Counted from the stretch's first letter, positions 1 to 13,211 are shown. The stretch: DNA of 38,152 nucleotides from Vulcanimicrobiota bacterium (GCA_003135555.1 PLCF01000067.1:10158-48309), one strand, 5' to 3'. Program-made: numbers and translations. Notes: generated by a model not told the origin, from the letters alone.

Positions 1-87
1 CCGACAGGACGTTATCCTGCACCCTGCCCGATGGAGCCCGGACGTTCCTCGACGCTCGCGCGCCGCGACGACCCGGCGTCCTCCGCG
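1..87 (-). ncRNA. rnpB: RNase P RNA, 5' portion (continues beyond left edge)
   Basis: Reverse complement reads GGAGGACGCCGGGTCGTCGCGGCGC-GCGA-GCGTC GAGGAACGTCCGGGCTCCATCGGGCAGGGTGCAGGATAACGTCCTG, matching the conserved bacterial type A signature GAGGAAAGUCCGGGCUCCA..GGGCAGGGUGC...UAAC. The 5' end is approximate. Confidence 0.93.
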
Positions 88-93
88 AGCCCG

Positions 94-122
94 AGCGTAC
101 CTGAAGTATCGTGGTTCCGCAA
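94..122 (-). promoter_or_regulatory. sigma70-type promoter for rnpB
   Basis: Minus strand TTGCGG-N17-TACGCT, ending about 7 nt before the inferred rnpB 5' end. Confidence 0.6.
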
Positions 123-149
123 TCCGTCGAGCCCGCGGCAGCGATCGCG

Positions 150-764
150 CTAGCGCGAGAACAGTCCGAGATACGTCCCTTGAGCGATGATGTGGCCGCG
201 CATGTTGAACGTCAGGAAGGCGCCGGTGGTCGACGGCGGCATCCCCGTCAGCAGCGTGTCGAGCGCGCTGATCGTGAACGCGTAGTGATGCGTGCCGTCA
301 CCGACGGGCGGGCACGGACCGCCGTAGCCCAAGCTGCCGTAGTCGCTCAGGCCGGACGTTCCCGCCGGCGGGTTGGTTCCGGCACCTGCGGCGATGCTTG
401 TGACGTTCGGCGGGATGTTGTAGAGGACCCAATGCCAGAATCCGGTCCCGGTCGGCGCGTCCGCGTCGAACTCCGTGATGGCGAAGCTCTTGGTCGCCGC
501 GGGAGCCCCGGTCCACGTCAGGTCCGGCGAGACGTTGGTGCCGCCGCACCCGTTTTGCGCTTCGGGTGTCGGCACGGTGGTGTTGGTCGCGAAAGCGGTG
601 CTGGTCACGACCAGCGCCGGCACCGTCCCGGTGCCCGGTGCGCGCAGCGTCACCGTCGGTGTCGGAGCTACGCCCGGGGTGCCGCCGGGCGGCGTCGGCG
701 AGGAGTTGTTGCAGCCGGCCACAGCGATGGCGAGCGCTGCGATGAGAATGGATGCAGTACGCAT
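150..764 (-). CDS. YbhB/YbcL family (PEBP, Raf kinase inhibitor-like) lipoprotein
   Basis: Motifs NVSPDLTW, FDADAPTGTGFWHWVLYNIP, GYGGPCPP.GDGTHHYAFTISALD. Lipobox VAGC follows the signal MRTASILIAALAIA. Start moved to ATG 764. Confidence 0.9.
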   Translation of the reverse strand: MRTASILIAALAIAVAGCNNSSPTPPGGTPGVAPTPTVTLRAPGTGTVPALVVTSTAFATNTTVPTPEAQNGCGGTNVSPDLTWTGAPAATKSFAITEFDADAPTGTGFWHWVLYNIPPNVTSIAAGAGTNPPAGTSGLSDYGSLGYGGPCPPVGDGTHHYAFTISALDTLLTGMPPSTTGAFLTFNMRGHIIAQGTYLGLFSR

Positions 765-838
765 GGAGAAATGTACCGCGAGCGCTCGGGCGATCCTGCG
801 CGATATCGCGGCCGCGGTGCAGCACGTGTCGAGCAAGC

Positions 839-861
839 AAAAAGCCCGCGTTGCGGGCTTT
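839..861 (-). terminator. intrinsic terminator downstream of tRNA-Ala(GGC)
   Basis: Hairpin AAAGCCCGC/GCGGGCTTT with a T-tract on the minus strand, right after the tRNA CCA. Confidence 0.7.
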
Positions 862-864
862 GAT

Positions 865-940
865 TGGTGGAGGATAGGAGACTCGAACTCCTGACCCCTT
901 GCATGCCATGCAAGTGCTCTACCAGCTGAGCTAATCCCCC
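865..940 (-). tRNA. tRNA-Ala(GGC), CCA encoded
   Basis: Revcomp GGGGGATTAGCTCAGCTGGTAGAGCACTTGCATGGCATGCAAGGGGTCAGGAGTTCGAGTCTCCTATCCTCCACCA; G3:U70 pair, anticodon GGC. Confidence 0.97.
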
Positions 941-958
941 GCGTCGACCGACGTCAAT

Positions 959-1384
959 TCAGGACGACGCGGCGCGGGTCCTGGTCGGGGAGACTTCGCT
1001 GAGCTTGCGCATGCGCATCGGCACCTGATCGCCCCAGCGCGGAGCGCGCCGGCGCTGCTTGGGTTTTGGACCGGGATGCCGGTAGATCGACAGCGTGCTC
1101 ACCGACGCGCCGCAGAAGAAGCCGACCAGGTCGGCAACCGTATTGTTGAGCGCGCTCGTGGTGAACAGAATCGTTCCGTGTAACTCGACGACGTTGTTGC
1201 GCGACAGCAGAACGACCGCCTCGTTGTGCGAGATCGGATAGATCTCGGCCGTAGCCGTCGCGCGACGGCATAGCACCGTGGGCGACGTCCGTAGGACGCG
1301 CACCTGCGGCAACAGGGCCGGCAACATCTCGGCGATCTCGTAAACGAAATCGTCGAACGTCAGAGCTGTGGCGCGAGCCTCCAT
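959..1384 (-). CDS. hypothetical protein (141 aa)
   Basis: ATG 1384 preceded by GGGAGG; protein-like composition (MEARATALTFDDFVYEIAEML...); no family recognised. Confidence 0.6.
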   Translation of the reverse strand: MEARATALTFDDFVYEIAEMLPALLPQVRVLRTSPTVLCRRATATAEIYPISHNEAVVLLSRNNVVELHGTILFTTSALNNTVADLVGFFCGASVSTLSIYRHPGPKPKQRRRAPRWGDQVPMRMRKLSEVSPTRTRAASS

Positions 1385-1510
1385 GATACGTGCGCCTCCC
1401 CAGCACACGCGCACCCGGGACAGGACAATAGCACCGGACCCTACCGGCCGCAAGCCTGTGTACTTCCTTGATCCAGAAACGTGATCGGCTATTTACGAAG
1501 CGGGCGGGGG

Positions 1511-1630
1511 CTAGGTCGAAACCCAATTCCAGACCGCGAGTGCCAGGTCCAGCAGCAGCGCGAGTGCGAGGACGATCGTCGGAAATGCCAGACTCGAAAC
1601 ACCGGTACGTCGCTGCTGGGATCTCCGCAT
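1511..1630 (-). CDS. small putative membrane protein (39 aa), below ORF-track cutoff
   Basis: MRRSQQRRTGVSSLAFPTIVLALALLLDLALAVWNWVST*; basic N-terminus plus one hydrophobic helix; GGGGG 7 nt upstream of ATG. Confidence 0.5.
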   Translation of the reverse strand: MRRSQQRRTGVSSLAFPTIVLALALLLDLALAVWNWVST

Positions 1631-1851
1631 TTGAATGCCCCCATGCCTCACAATGCCGCTGAAGTCACGACCCCAGCACTTTCTCTATCGGCGCCCGCCG
1701 GGGGGAGTTCTAGGGCCGGCCGGATTCTGTGAGCCCCGCACGCTCGGGCTGCCGGCGTCGAGGCCTGCCTGCGCCGCCCGGTAGGCCGAAAGCGATCGAC
1801 CGGCCGACTGCCGGGACAGGAGCTGGCGAGAAAACGTCCGACCTGTAGCGC

Positions 1852-2472
1852 TTGCAGCTGGTCATCGATTGGGACGGCACCGTAACCGAGCGCGACACGC
1901 TCTTGCTCACGCTCGAACGCTTCGTCGACCCGGCGGTGCTAGGCCGGCTCGAGGCCGAACTCGACGCCAAGCTGGCCGCGGGCACCGTCACGCACCGCCA
2001 GGTGATGGAGCGCGAGTTCGCGCTGCTGCGAGCGCCGCTCGACGACGTCGTCGCCTTCTTGCGCGAGCACGCCCGGGTCAGGCCGGGCTTCGCTGCGTTG
2101 GTCGAACGCTTCGATCCGCTGATCCTGTCCTCGAGCTTTCACGAGACGATCGAACCGGTCTTGGAGCGTGAAGGCGTGAGTGCTCGGGTGCGTGCGAATC
2201 GCGTCGAGCCCCGCCCGGAGGGCTGGCGCATCCGCTGGACATCGGATTCCGACTGCGCGACCTGCGGCCAGCCGTGCAAGCGCGGCGCGCTGCCACGCGG
2301 CCCCGTCACCTACGTCGGAGACGGATACTCCGACCGCTGCGCGGCGCTCGCCGCCGACCGTGTCTTCGCACGGGACGGCCTGGCGCGCTATCTCGACGCA
2401 CAAGGCGTCCGCTACGAGCCGTTCGGCGACTTTCACGCGATCGCCGCGGCGCTTTCCGGTTCGGGAGGATGA
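1852..2472 (+). CDS. HAD-superfamily phosphatase, MtnX-like (subfamily IB)
   Basis: Motif I DWDGT, motif IV GDGYSD, CxxCGxxCK segment; TTG start. Confidence 0.8.
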   Translation: MQLVIDWDGTVTERDTLLLTLERFVDPAVLGRLEAELDAKLAAGTVTHRQVMEREFALLRAPLDDVVAFLREHARVRPGFAALVERFDPLILSSSFHETIEPVLEREGVSARVRANRVEPRPEGWRIRWTSDSDCATCGQPCKRGALPRGPVTYVGDGYSDRCAALAADRVFARDGLARYLDAQGVRYEPFGDFHAIAAALSGSGG

Positions 2473-2473
2473 T

Positions 2474-3314
2474 GTGAAGCTCCACTCGGTCGCGGGCGGC
2501 GGCGGCGCGGCGTTGCACGTTTTTGAGACGGGCAACCCGGCCGGGTTGCCGATCCTGTTCATTCACGGCTGGTCGCAGAGCCATGCCAGCTGGACCCGCC
2601 AGCTCAACGCCCCGGCGTTACGCGAACGCTTCCGGCTGCTCGCGCTCGATCTGCGCGGACATGGCGACTCCGAAAAACCGGTCGCGGGCTACGACGACCC
2701 CGCGCTGTGGGCCGCGGACATCAACGCGGTGATCGAGACGCTGCAGGCCGACCGGCCCGTGCTCACCGGCTGGTCGTACGGCGGCTATGTGATCTGCGAC
2801 TATCTGCGGCACTACGGTCAGCAGGCTATTCGGGGCATCAACTTCGCCGCCGCCGCCGTCGATCGCGGCGTCAAGGTCGACTATCAGGGCGGCGGCCGGG
2901 TGGGATGACGTGTGGCCCGACGACGCCTCCGACCAGCCGCACATTTTCAGCGAGGCCGCCGAGGATGCGGCGACTGCGATGCGCCGCTTCGTGCGGAACT
3001 GCGTCGCCGCGCCGCTGCCGTTTCGCGACGAGTTGGCCTTTCTCGGGCTCAACCTCATGACGCCGCCGCGCGTTCGCAAGGCGCTGTTCGAACGAAAGAT
3101 TCGCAACGACGACGTTCTGGCCGGCATCACCGTGCCGGTGCTCGTCAGCCAGGGCGAGCGCGACCGTATCGTCCATTCCGATTCGGCCCGACACATCGCG
3201 GCCGGCATTCGCGGGGCACAGCTGTCGCTCTACCCCGAGGCCGGCCACGCGGTGTTCTATGAAGCCGCGGAGCGCTTCAATGCGGAGCTGGCAGAGTTTA
3301 CGTTGCGGGCGTAG
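2474..3314 (+). pseudogene. alpha/beta hydrolase (non-heme haloperoxidase-like) split by a 1-nt frameshift near 2887-2892
   Basis: N-half (GTG 2474 after GGAGG) has HGW, DLRGHGDS and nucleophile GWSYGG, then stops at 2908. The C-half in the next frame has PVLVSQGERD and AGHAVFYE. Removing one G in CAGGGCGGCGGCC joins them. Could be a sequencing error. Confidence 0.75.
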
Positions 3315-3323
3315 CGACGGGTG

Positions 3324-3668
3324 CTAACCGCCGCCGGTCACGACCGGCGGGAAGAGGCGATCCAGCTCGGCCTGCCACGCTGCGGACATCTGGCCCGCCG
3401 AGAGCGCGTGTGAGTAGTCGGGGTGGAACGTGCGGTCCGTGCGAAGATCTTTGGCGGGGATGAGCGGCTGCGCGACCGCGGCCGCGTTACCGATGACGCG
3501 CAGGCGCAGCGTTTCGCCGCGTGCGGTAACCAGTTCGCCGATGACCCGGCCGTCGGCATCGATCACGGTGAAGCGTGCCGGTGCGGTCGTCGTCTCAGCG
3601 GCCGTCGCGGCGATCGCCGGCAAGGCGACCAGCGCCGCAAGGGCGACGGTGGTGAGGAGCTTGTTCAT
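3324..3668 (-). CDS. hypothetical secreted protein
   Basis: Signal peptide MNKLLTTVALAALVALPAIAATA; no family recognised. Confidence 0.7.
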   Translation of the reverse strand: MNKLLTTVALAALVALPAIAATAAETTTAPARFTVIDADGRVIGELVTARGETLRLRVIGNAAAVAQPLIPAKDLRTDRTFHPDYSHALSAGQMSAAWQAELDRLFPPVVTGGG

Positions 3669-3743
3669 GCCCGTGGTACGCCGCCGCGTGCCCGGTCGGA
3701 TCGGCGCAAGGAGCGCGCCTCACGCGTCGGAAGCTTCGAGGGG

Positions 3744-4964
3744 ATGCGTGTCGCCGTTCTCGGGGGTGGTCTCCAGGGTGCTTGCGTTGCCATGGAGCTT
3801 GCATCCGCCGGGATCGCCGTCGACCTCTACGACAAGAACGAAGCATGCCTCACGCAAGCATCGGCGCAGAACGAAGGCAAGATTCACCTCGGCTACGTGT
3901 ATGCCAACGATCGCACGATGCGCACGGCGCGAACGATGGTCAGCGGCGGGATCGCGTTCGCCCCGTTGATGCGGCGCTGGATCGGAGGAGCGATCGACTC
4001 GATCCCGGTGTCCGCGCCGTTCCACTACGTCGTCCATGCCGATAGCCTCCTGAGCGTGGCCGAGGTCGAAGACCATCTGCGAAAGTCGCATGCGATCGGC
4101 TTGGACGAATCTCGGGGCCTGGCCCCGGACTATTTCGGCAGCGACTATCGCCTGCCGCCGCGCCGGCTGTCCGCGAGCGAGTCGGAACAGCATTACGACG
4201 GGCGCACCGCGGCGGCGGTGTTCCGGACCGCCGAAGTCGGCATCGATCCCGAGGCGTTAGCCGCCGTCGTGCGCGCGCGGTTGGATGGTGATTCGAAGAT
4301 TCGTTGTCTCCTACGCGCGTATGTCCAGGGGGTCGAGGAAAACGGCACGTCGCTCACGGTGAACGCTGAGGTTTACGGGAGCAGTGCGAGCGAACGCTAC
4401 GATCACGTCGTCAACACGCTGTGGGACGGCCGGCTCGCCGTCGACAAGACCGCCGGCATCGATCCCGCCGGCCCGTGGCTGTACCGCGTCAAGCATTACT
4501 TGCGCGTGCGCGCTCCCGCGGTCGCGCCGGCGATTCCGTCGACCACGATCGTTCTGGGCCCGTTCGGAGACGTCGCGGTGTATGCCAACGGCGACTTGTA
4601 TCTCTCGTGGTATCCGGTGGGGATGCGGGGCCGCTCGTCGGCACTCTGCCCCCCGGCTTGGCCGCTCGAGCTCGACGATACCGCTGCGCTGGACGTGCGC
4701 CGCGCGATCCTCGCCGGGCTGACTCGCGTCGTGCCGGAGATCGCCTCGCTCACGTCCGCAGCGGTCGAGCGTTGCGACGTCAAGGCCGGGATCATCTTCG
4801 CGTGGGGTGCAACGGATATCGACGACCCCGCAAGCGGTCTACACGAACGGCACGCCATCGGGCCGTCGTCGCGCGGCCGCTACCATACGGTCGACACCGG
4901 GAAGCTCACCATGGCGCCGCTGTTCGGCAAGATGATCGCCGACCGGATCAAGGAAATGGGCTGA
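3744..4964 (+). CDS. FAD-dependent oxidoreductase (DAO-like)
   Basis: Rossmann motif MRVAVLGGGLQG, ASAQNEGKIHLG, C-terminal TGKLTMAP; GAGGGG immediately before ATG 3744. Confidence 0.85.
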   Translation: MRVAVLGGGLQGACVAMELASAGIAVDLYDKNEACLTQASAQNEGKIHLGYVYANDRTMRTARTMVSGGIAFAPLMRRWIGGAIDSIPVSAPFHYVVHADSLLSVAEVEDHLRKSHAIGLDESRGLAPDYFGSDYRLPPRRLSASESEQHYDGRTAAAVFRTAEVGIDPEALAAVVRARLDGDSKIRCLLRAYVQGVEENGTSLTVNAEVYGSSASERYDHVVNTLWDGRLAVDKTAGIDPAGPWLYRVKHYLRVRAPAVAPAIPSTTIVLGPFGDVAVYANGDLYLSWYPVGMRGRSSALCPPAWPLELDDTAALDVRRAILAGLTRVVPEIASLTSAAVERCDVKAGIIFAWGATDIDDPASGLHERHAIGPSSRGRYHTVDTGKLTMAPLFGKMIADRIKEMG

Positions 4965-4967
4965 GCG

Positions 4968-5939
4968 ATGCCCGCCACCGACACGGTCACCGTCGGCGTC
5001 CCGGTCTATCGCGGCGAGCCCTTCATCGAGGAAACGCTGAACTCGATCCAAGGTCAGACCCACCAAGCGATCGAGGTCGTCATCTCGCTCGACGGCCCGC
5101 AGCCTGATGCCGAGGAACTGTGCGCGCCATTCCTGACCGACGCGCGCTTCCGGCTCATCACCCAACCCGAGCGACTGGGCTGGGTGGGAAACCTCAACTG
5201 GCTCATGGCGCACGTCACCACGCCTTTCTGGTGCTATCATCAGCAAGACGATCTCACGGACCCGCGCTACCTCGAGGTGCTCGTCGAGCATGCGCGCAGC
5301 GCGCCCCAAGGCGCCGTCTTCTTTTGCGACATGGAGGCGTTCGGCGCGCTGCGCACGACCTTCACGCAGCCCTCGGTGACCGGTAGCGCTTGGGCCCGGC
5401 AGCTAGCACTCCTCTACGACCATCAGGCCGCGGTCGCGTTTCGCGGCTTGACGCGCGTCGAGGCGCTGCGCCTGGCCGGCGGCATTCCGCCCAATGAGAT
5501 CGAGAGCTTCGCCTGCGACACGGCCTGGATGGCGGCGGTGGCACGCTGGGGCGAGTTGCAGCGCGTGCCGGGCTATCTGTACCGTAAGCGCTACCACGCC
5601 GGAAACGAGCACATGAAGTGGTTCGCTTGGCCGGTCGAAAAACGCAGTCGAGCCTGGGTGGTCCACTGCGCCGCGATGCTCGGACAAGCCATGCTCGTGG
5701 AAGCCACCGTCGCGGAACGCCGTACGTTGTGGTTGGCGGCCGTTGCGCGCCTGTGCTCCGCGCGCACCGCGAGCGGCTATTTGCCCGTCGCCGATTGGAC
5801 CACCGCCCAGCGCGCGGCGATGCTCGAAGCGTTCCTCGACTACGTCACGACGGCTACCGCCGTCAACATCCCGCAGTGGCTCGAGGGCGATTGGGATCAG
5901 ATACGGCAGTGGACCCGCAGCTACTATCGCCAGTCGTAG
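4968..5939 (+). CDS. glycosyltransferase family 2
   Basis: VTVGVPVYRGEPFIEETLNSIQGQT, RLGWVGNLN, QQDD metal-binding motif; 3 nt after the oxidoreductase stop. Confidence 0.85.
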   Translation: MPATDTVTVGVPVYRGEPFIEETLNSIQGQTHQAIEVVISLDGPQPDAEELCAPFLTDARFRLITQPERLGWVGNLNWLMAHVTTPFWCYHQQDDLTDPRYLEVLVEHARSAPQGAVFFCDMEAFGALRTTFTQPSVTGSAWARQLALLYDHQAAVAFRGLTRVEALRLAGGIPPNEIESFACDTAWMAAVARWGELQRVPGYLYRKRYHAGNEHMKWFAWPVEKRSRAWVVHCAAMLGQAMLVEATVAERRTLWLAAVARLCSARTASGYLPVADWTTAQRAAMLEAFLDYVTTATAVNIPQWLEGDWDQIRQWTRSYYRQS

Positions 5940-5967
5940 ACGAGCGCGCTGACGAACGCGCTGCCGT

Positions 5968-6333
5968 TCAGGCGGCCGGGCGGTTGCGGCGCTCCTGTTG
6001 CAGCGTCGTCTTGAGCTGCGCACGCTGCGCCGGCGTCAGGATCGCGTCGATTTGCGCGCGCAGCTTGGTGCGGTCGGCGCGCCGCGTGGCTTTGTCGGCG
6101 CCCTTGTTCGCGACACGTGCCTGCGCGAACGCTTGGTCGATCTGCGAGCGCTGTCCGGCGCTGAGGCCGAGGCCGTTCAAGGCTGTGCGGAGCGCGCCGT
6201 GGTGACCGTGATGGCGCACCTGCGGAGCAGCCGCGCCCGGCGCGAGCGGGACGGGTGTCGACTGCGCGCCGGCGACGGTGGGGATGGCGATCGCGCCGGC
6301 GAGCGCCGCGGCGGCCATGAATCGAATGAACAA
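5968..6333 (-). CDS. Spy/CpxP-like periplasmic protein (LTxxQ family)
   Basis: Signal peptide, LGLSAGQRSQI and IDAILTPAQRAQL motifs; TTG 6333 after AGGAG (alternative ATG 6318). Confidence 0.7.
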   Translation of the reverse strand: MFIRFMAAAALAGAIAIPTVAGAQSTPVPLAPGAAAPQVRHHGHHGALRTALNGLGLSAGQRSQIDQAFAQARVANKGADKATRRADRTKLRAQIDAILTPAQRAQLKTTLQQERRNRPAA

Positions 6334-6430
6334 GATGTACTCCTGCGCCCAGAGGGGCGCGACGATGATTGCTGCTCGCTGATACGCGCATGGTCGAGCC
6401 GTTGTTGTGAGAGCCTCGTTAAATGAAATG

Positions 6431-6455
6431 CGAAAGCCCGCCGTAGCGGGCTTCG
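6431..6455 (-). terminator. intrinsic terminator-like hairpin
   Basis: AAGCCCGC-N4-GCGGGCTT followed by TCGCATTTCATTT on the minus strand. Confidence 0.55.
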
Positions 6456-6503
6456 GCAGCCCTCGCCGGCGCGGATCGACCGCGATGAGGCGCCCTGAAC
6501 GCC

Positions 6504-6725
6504 TTATTTCGGCGGCTGCGTGGTGGAGCCGCCGGAACTCTTCTTGCCCTTCTTTCCACCCTTCTTGTGACCGCCCCGGGCATGGCTCTGCGGCGCGAGC
6601 CGGTGCCCGCCCTTGGTCGCGTGAGCGTGTGAATCGGTGCTTCCGCTTGTCCCTTGAGCTTGCGCGCCCGAGAGCGTACCGCCCAGCAGGGAGAGTCCAA
6701 ATGCGACAGCCAGCAAGTTCTTCAT
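6504..6725 (-). CDS. small secreted His/Lys/Gly-rich protein (73 aa), Asr-like composition
   Basis: Strong SD GAAGGAGG; MKNLLAVAFGLSLLGGTLSGAQA signal then DSHAHATKGGH...GGHKKGGKKGKK. Confidence 0.7.
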   Translation of the reverse strand: MKNLLAVAFGLSLLGGTLSGAQAQGTSGSTDSHAHATKGGHRLAPQSHARGGHKKGGKKGKKSSGGSTTQPPK

Positions 6726-6843
6726 ATCGGCGCCTCCTTCGACGTGAAAACGGGTACCGCGCGAACCAACCTTTCCATCGCTGAGACGCCCCGCCCTCGC
6801 TCGGGAGCAGACGCTCTTGGTTGAGGTTTCGCATAGCGGAAAT

Positions 6844-6873
6844 GAAAGAACGCCAATGGCGCGGCGTTCTTTC
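6844..6873 (-). terminator. terminator downstream of tRNA-Ala(TGC)
   Basis: 11-bp stem GAAAGAACGCC/GGCGTTCTTTC just after the tRNA 3' end. Confidence 0.7.
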
Positions 6874-6879
6874 GATAGT

Positions 6880-6952
6880 TGGAGACGAGGGGACTCGAAC
6901 CCCTGACATCCTGCTTGCAAAGCAGGCGCTCTACCAGCTGAGCTACGTCCCC
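6880..6952 (-). tRNA. tRNA-Ala(TGC), CCA not encoded
   Basis: Revcomp GGGGACGTAGCTCAGCTGGTAGAGCGCCTGCTTTGCAAGCAGGATGTCAGGGGTTCGAGTCCCCTCGTCTCCA; G3:U70, anticodon TGC. Confidence 0.97.
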
Positions 6953-7064
6953 GCAATTCGGTGGTTGCTCGGTTAGTGATCGTTCGCCGTCCGCGTGTAC
7001 GATTTCCCGCCTTTCGAGCGGTGTTGCGCGCGGAGATGGTTGCCCGTCGGCGAACCCAGGCACG

Positions 7065-9224
<2,160 letters not shown>

Positions 9225-9263
9225 GGAAGGTTTTCCGGCGCATCTCTCGCGCATAAGGGCGGG

Positions 9264-11332
<2,069 letters not shown>

Positions 11333-11336
<4 letters not shown>

Positions 11337-11923
11337 GCGTGCCCCGGCGACGACGCCGGGGCAGGTGAGGGGATCGGCGGCTGCCGGCGCGCGGCGAGCT
11401 CTTGCAGGGCGACGTCGGCGGCGCCCCGGATCTCGAGCGCGATGTCGTGATAGCGGGACGCTCGCAGATCGGTGTTGCGCGCGGCAGCGTTCCCGGCCGC
11501 TTTGCTGGACTGCTGGTAGGTTTGCGACTGCGGTTGCCATTCGACGACCTTATCGGCGAGAGCTCGCGCGTCGCGCAAGGTTTCGAGTGCGCGGGTGGTG
11601 TCGCCCAGCGCCGCCAGCGTGCGGCCTTCGACCACCATGAACTGCGCCGCGCGGGTGCGGTCGTAGTTCACGTAGGGCTCTTCGAACGTGCGCACGACGG
11701 CTTCGGACTCGCAGGTCTTGTACGCCTCGGCGGCCGCGCGCGATGCGTCCGAGATCTTCTTGAGGTCCTTCGTCGCCGAGGCGTCCCTGAAGTCGATCAA
11801 CTTCGGCACGGCACGCGGGCACAGCTGGTCGCTGAAGGTATCGGCCTGCGCGATCGTCGTGCTCGCAGCGCACGAGATCAGCGATGCGACGGCGGCGGAG
11901 AAGAACGGTCTGGAAAACGGCAT
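11333..11923 (-). CDS. secreted hypothetical protein, paralog 1 of 3 (TPR-like helix)
   Basis: Signal peptide; shares DQ.CPRAVPK and VNYD.TRAAQ motifs with the two upstream genes; ATG 11923. Confidence 0.75.
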
Positions 11924-11951
11924 AACGGACACCCTGGGTGGCTGGGCCTGG

Positions 11952-12572
11952 TTAGTTCGGCTTGGTGGCCCCGGAGGACGACGGCGCGAGCTTGGCGAGC
12001 TCTTCATCGGCGGCGGTCCGAATTTGGCGCGCGGCTTCCTTGTAACGCGAGCCGTTGCGGTCGGTGTTCCGCCCCGCGCTGTTGCCGCCCGAGGACCCGG
12101 GCCCCGGATCGGCTTCCCCCGCGGACATTCCGCCGGCTGCGCCGCCGGTCGTCTGCGAGGCATGCCAGGTCTGCGCGTCCGGCTGCCAGCTGACCACATC
12201 GTCGGCGTAATGGCGCGCGGTTTTCAGCACTGCCCCAGCCTCGGTAGCGTTCCCGCCGGCGGCGAGCGCGCGACCGGCGACGACGAGATACTGCGCGGCG
12301 CGGGTCTTGTCGTAGTTGACGCTCGGCTCGACCGCGACGCCTTTGGTGACCTGCGCTTCGGACGCGCACACCGCGTAGGCGTCGGCGGCGCCGCGTGCGG
12401 CGGCGGCGATCTTGGCGGTGTCCTTCGATGCGGCGGCGTCGTTGAAGCCGACGATCTTGGGGACCGCGCGCGGGCAGATCTGGTCGGTCGGCGCCGTGTC
12501 GGCGGCGGCGGGACGGGTTGCGGCGATCGCGCTCGCCGCGACCGCCACGCAGACGAAAATCCGGAGACGCAT
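11952..12572 (-). CDS. secreted hypothetical protein, paralog 2 of 3
   Basis: MRLRIFVCVAVAASAIAA signal; DQICPRAVPK, VNYDKTRAAQY. Confidence 0.8.
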   Translation of the reverse strand: MRLRIFVCVAVAASAIAATRPAAADTAPTDQICPRAVPKIVGFNDAAASKDTAKIAAAARGAADAYAVCASEAQVTKGVAVEPSVNYDKTRAAQYLVVAGRALAAGGNATEAGAVLKTARHYADDVVSWQPDAQTWHASQTTGGAAGGMSAGEADPGPGSSGGNSAGRNTDRNGSRYKEAARQIRTAADEELAKLAPSSSGATKPN

Positions 12573-12608
12573 GATGGAACCGTGCTGCGCCGCCGCGCCG
12601 GCGGCCTG

Positions 12609-13211
12609 CTAGTTCGGCTTGGCGGGCACCGAGGACGGCGCCAGCCCGAGCTTGGCGAGCTCCTGGTCGGCGGCGCTCAGGATTTGGCGCGCAACGTCCT
12701 TGTAGCGCGAGCCGTCGCGGTCGGGGTTGCGGGCCGCCGTGTTGCCGCCCGTGGGGGCCATGCCTTCGCCGGCGACCGGCCCGCCGCTCGTCTGCGAGGC
12801 ATGCCAAGAGATTGACTCCGGCTGCCAGCCGATCACGTCGTCGGCGTACTGGCGTGCGGTCTTTAACGCCGCGCCGGCCTCCGCGGTGTTTCCGCTCGCG
12901 GCGAGCGCGCGGCCGACGACCACGAAGTATTGCGCGGCGCGGGTCTTGTCGTAGTTGACGGTCGGCTCGATCGCAACGCCTTTGGCGACCTGGGCTTCGG
13001 ATGCGCACACCGAGTACGCATCGGCGGCGCCGCGCGCAGCCGTCGCGATTTTGCCCTTGTCCAGCGACGCGGCGGCGTCGTTGAGCGCGACGATCTTGGG
13101 GACCGCGCGCGGGCACATCTGATCGGTCGGCAACGGCGCGGCGGCGGCAGGATGGGCTGCGGCAATCGCGCTCGCCGCGACCGCAACGCAGACGAGAGTC
13201 CGGAGACGCAT
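12609..13211 (-). CDS. secreted hypothetical protein, paralog 3 of 3
   Basis: MRLRTLVCVAVAASAIAA signal; DQMCPRAVPK, VNYDKTRAAQY. Confidence 0.8.
   Translation of the reverse strand: MRLRTLVCVAVAASAIAAAHPAAAAPLPTDQMCPRAVPKIVALNDAAASLDKGKIATAARGAADAYSVCASEAQVAKGVAIEPTVNYDKTRAAQYFVVVGRALAASGNTAEAGAALKTARQYADDVIGWQPESISWHASQTSGGPVAGEGMAPTGGNTAARNPDRDGSRYKDVARQILSAADQELAKLGLAPSSVPAKPN

Noticed and set aside
1852..2472. Methionine salvage operon
   Set aside because: Only an MtnX-like phosphatase is present; no mtnW/mtnB/mtnD/mtnK nearby, so no gene symbol was assigned
2880..2910. Programmed ribosomal frameshift in the hydrolase
   Set aside because: No slippery heptamer or known +1 site; a simple indel explains it better
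6380..6410. ECF sigma promoter (AAC-N17-CGTA) upstream of the Spy-like gene
   Set aside because: Motif is too short and occurs once; cannot be told from chance
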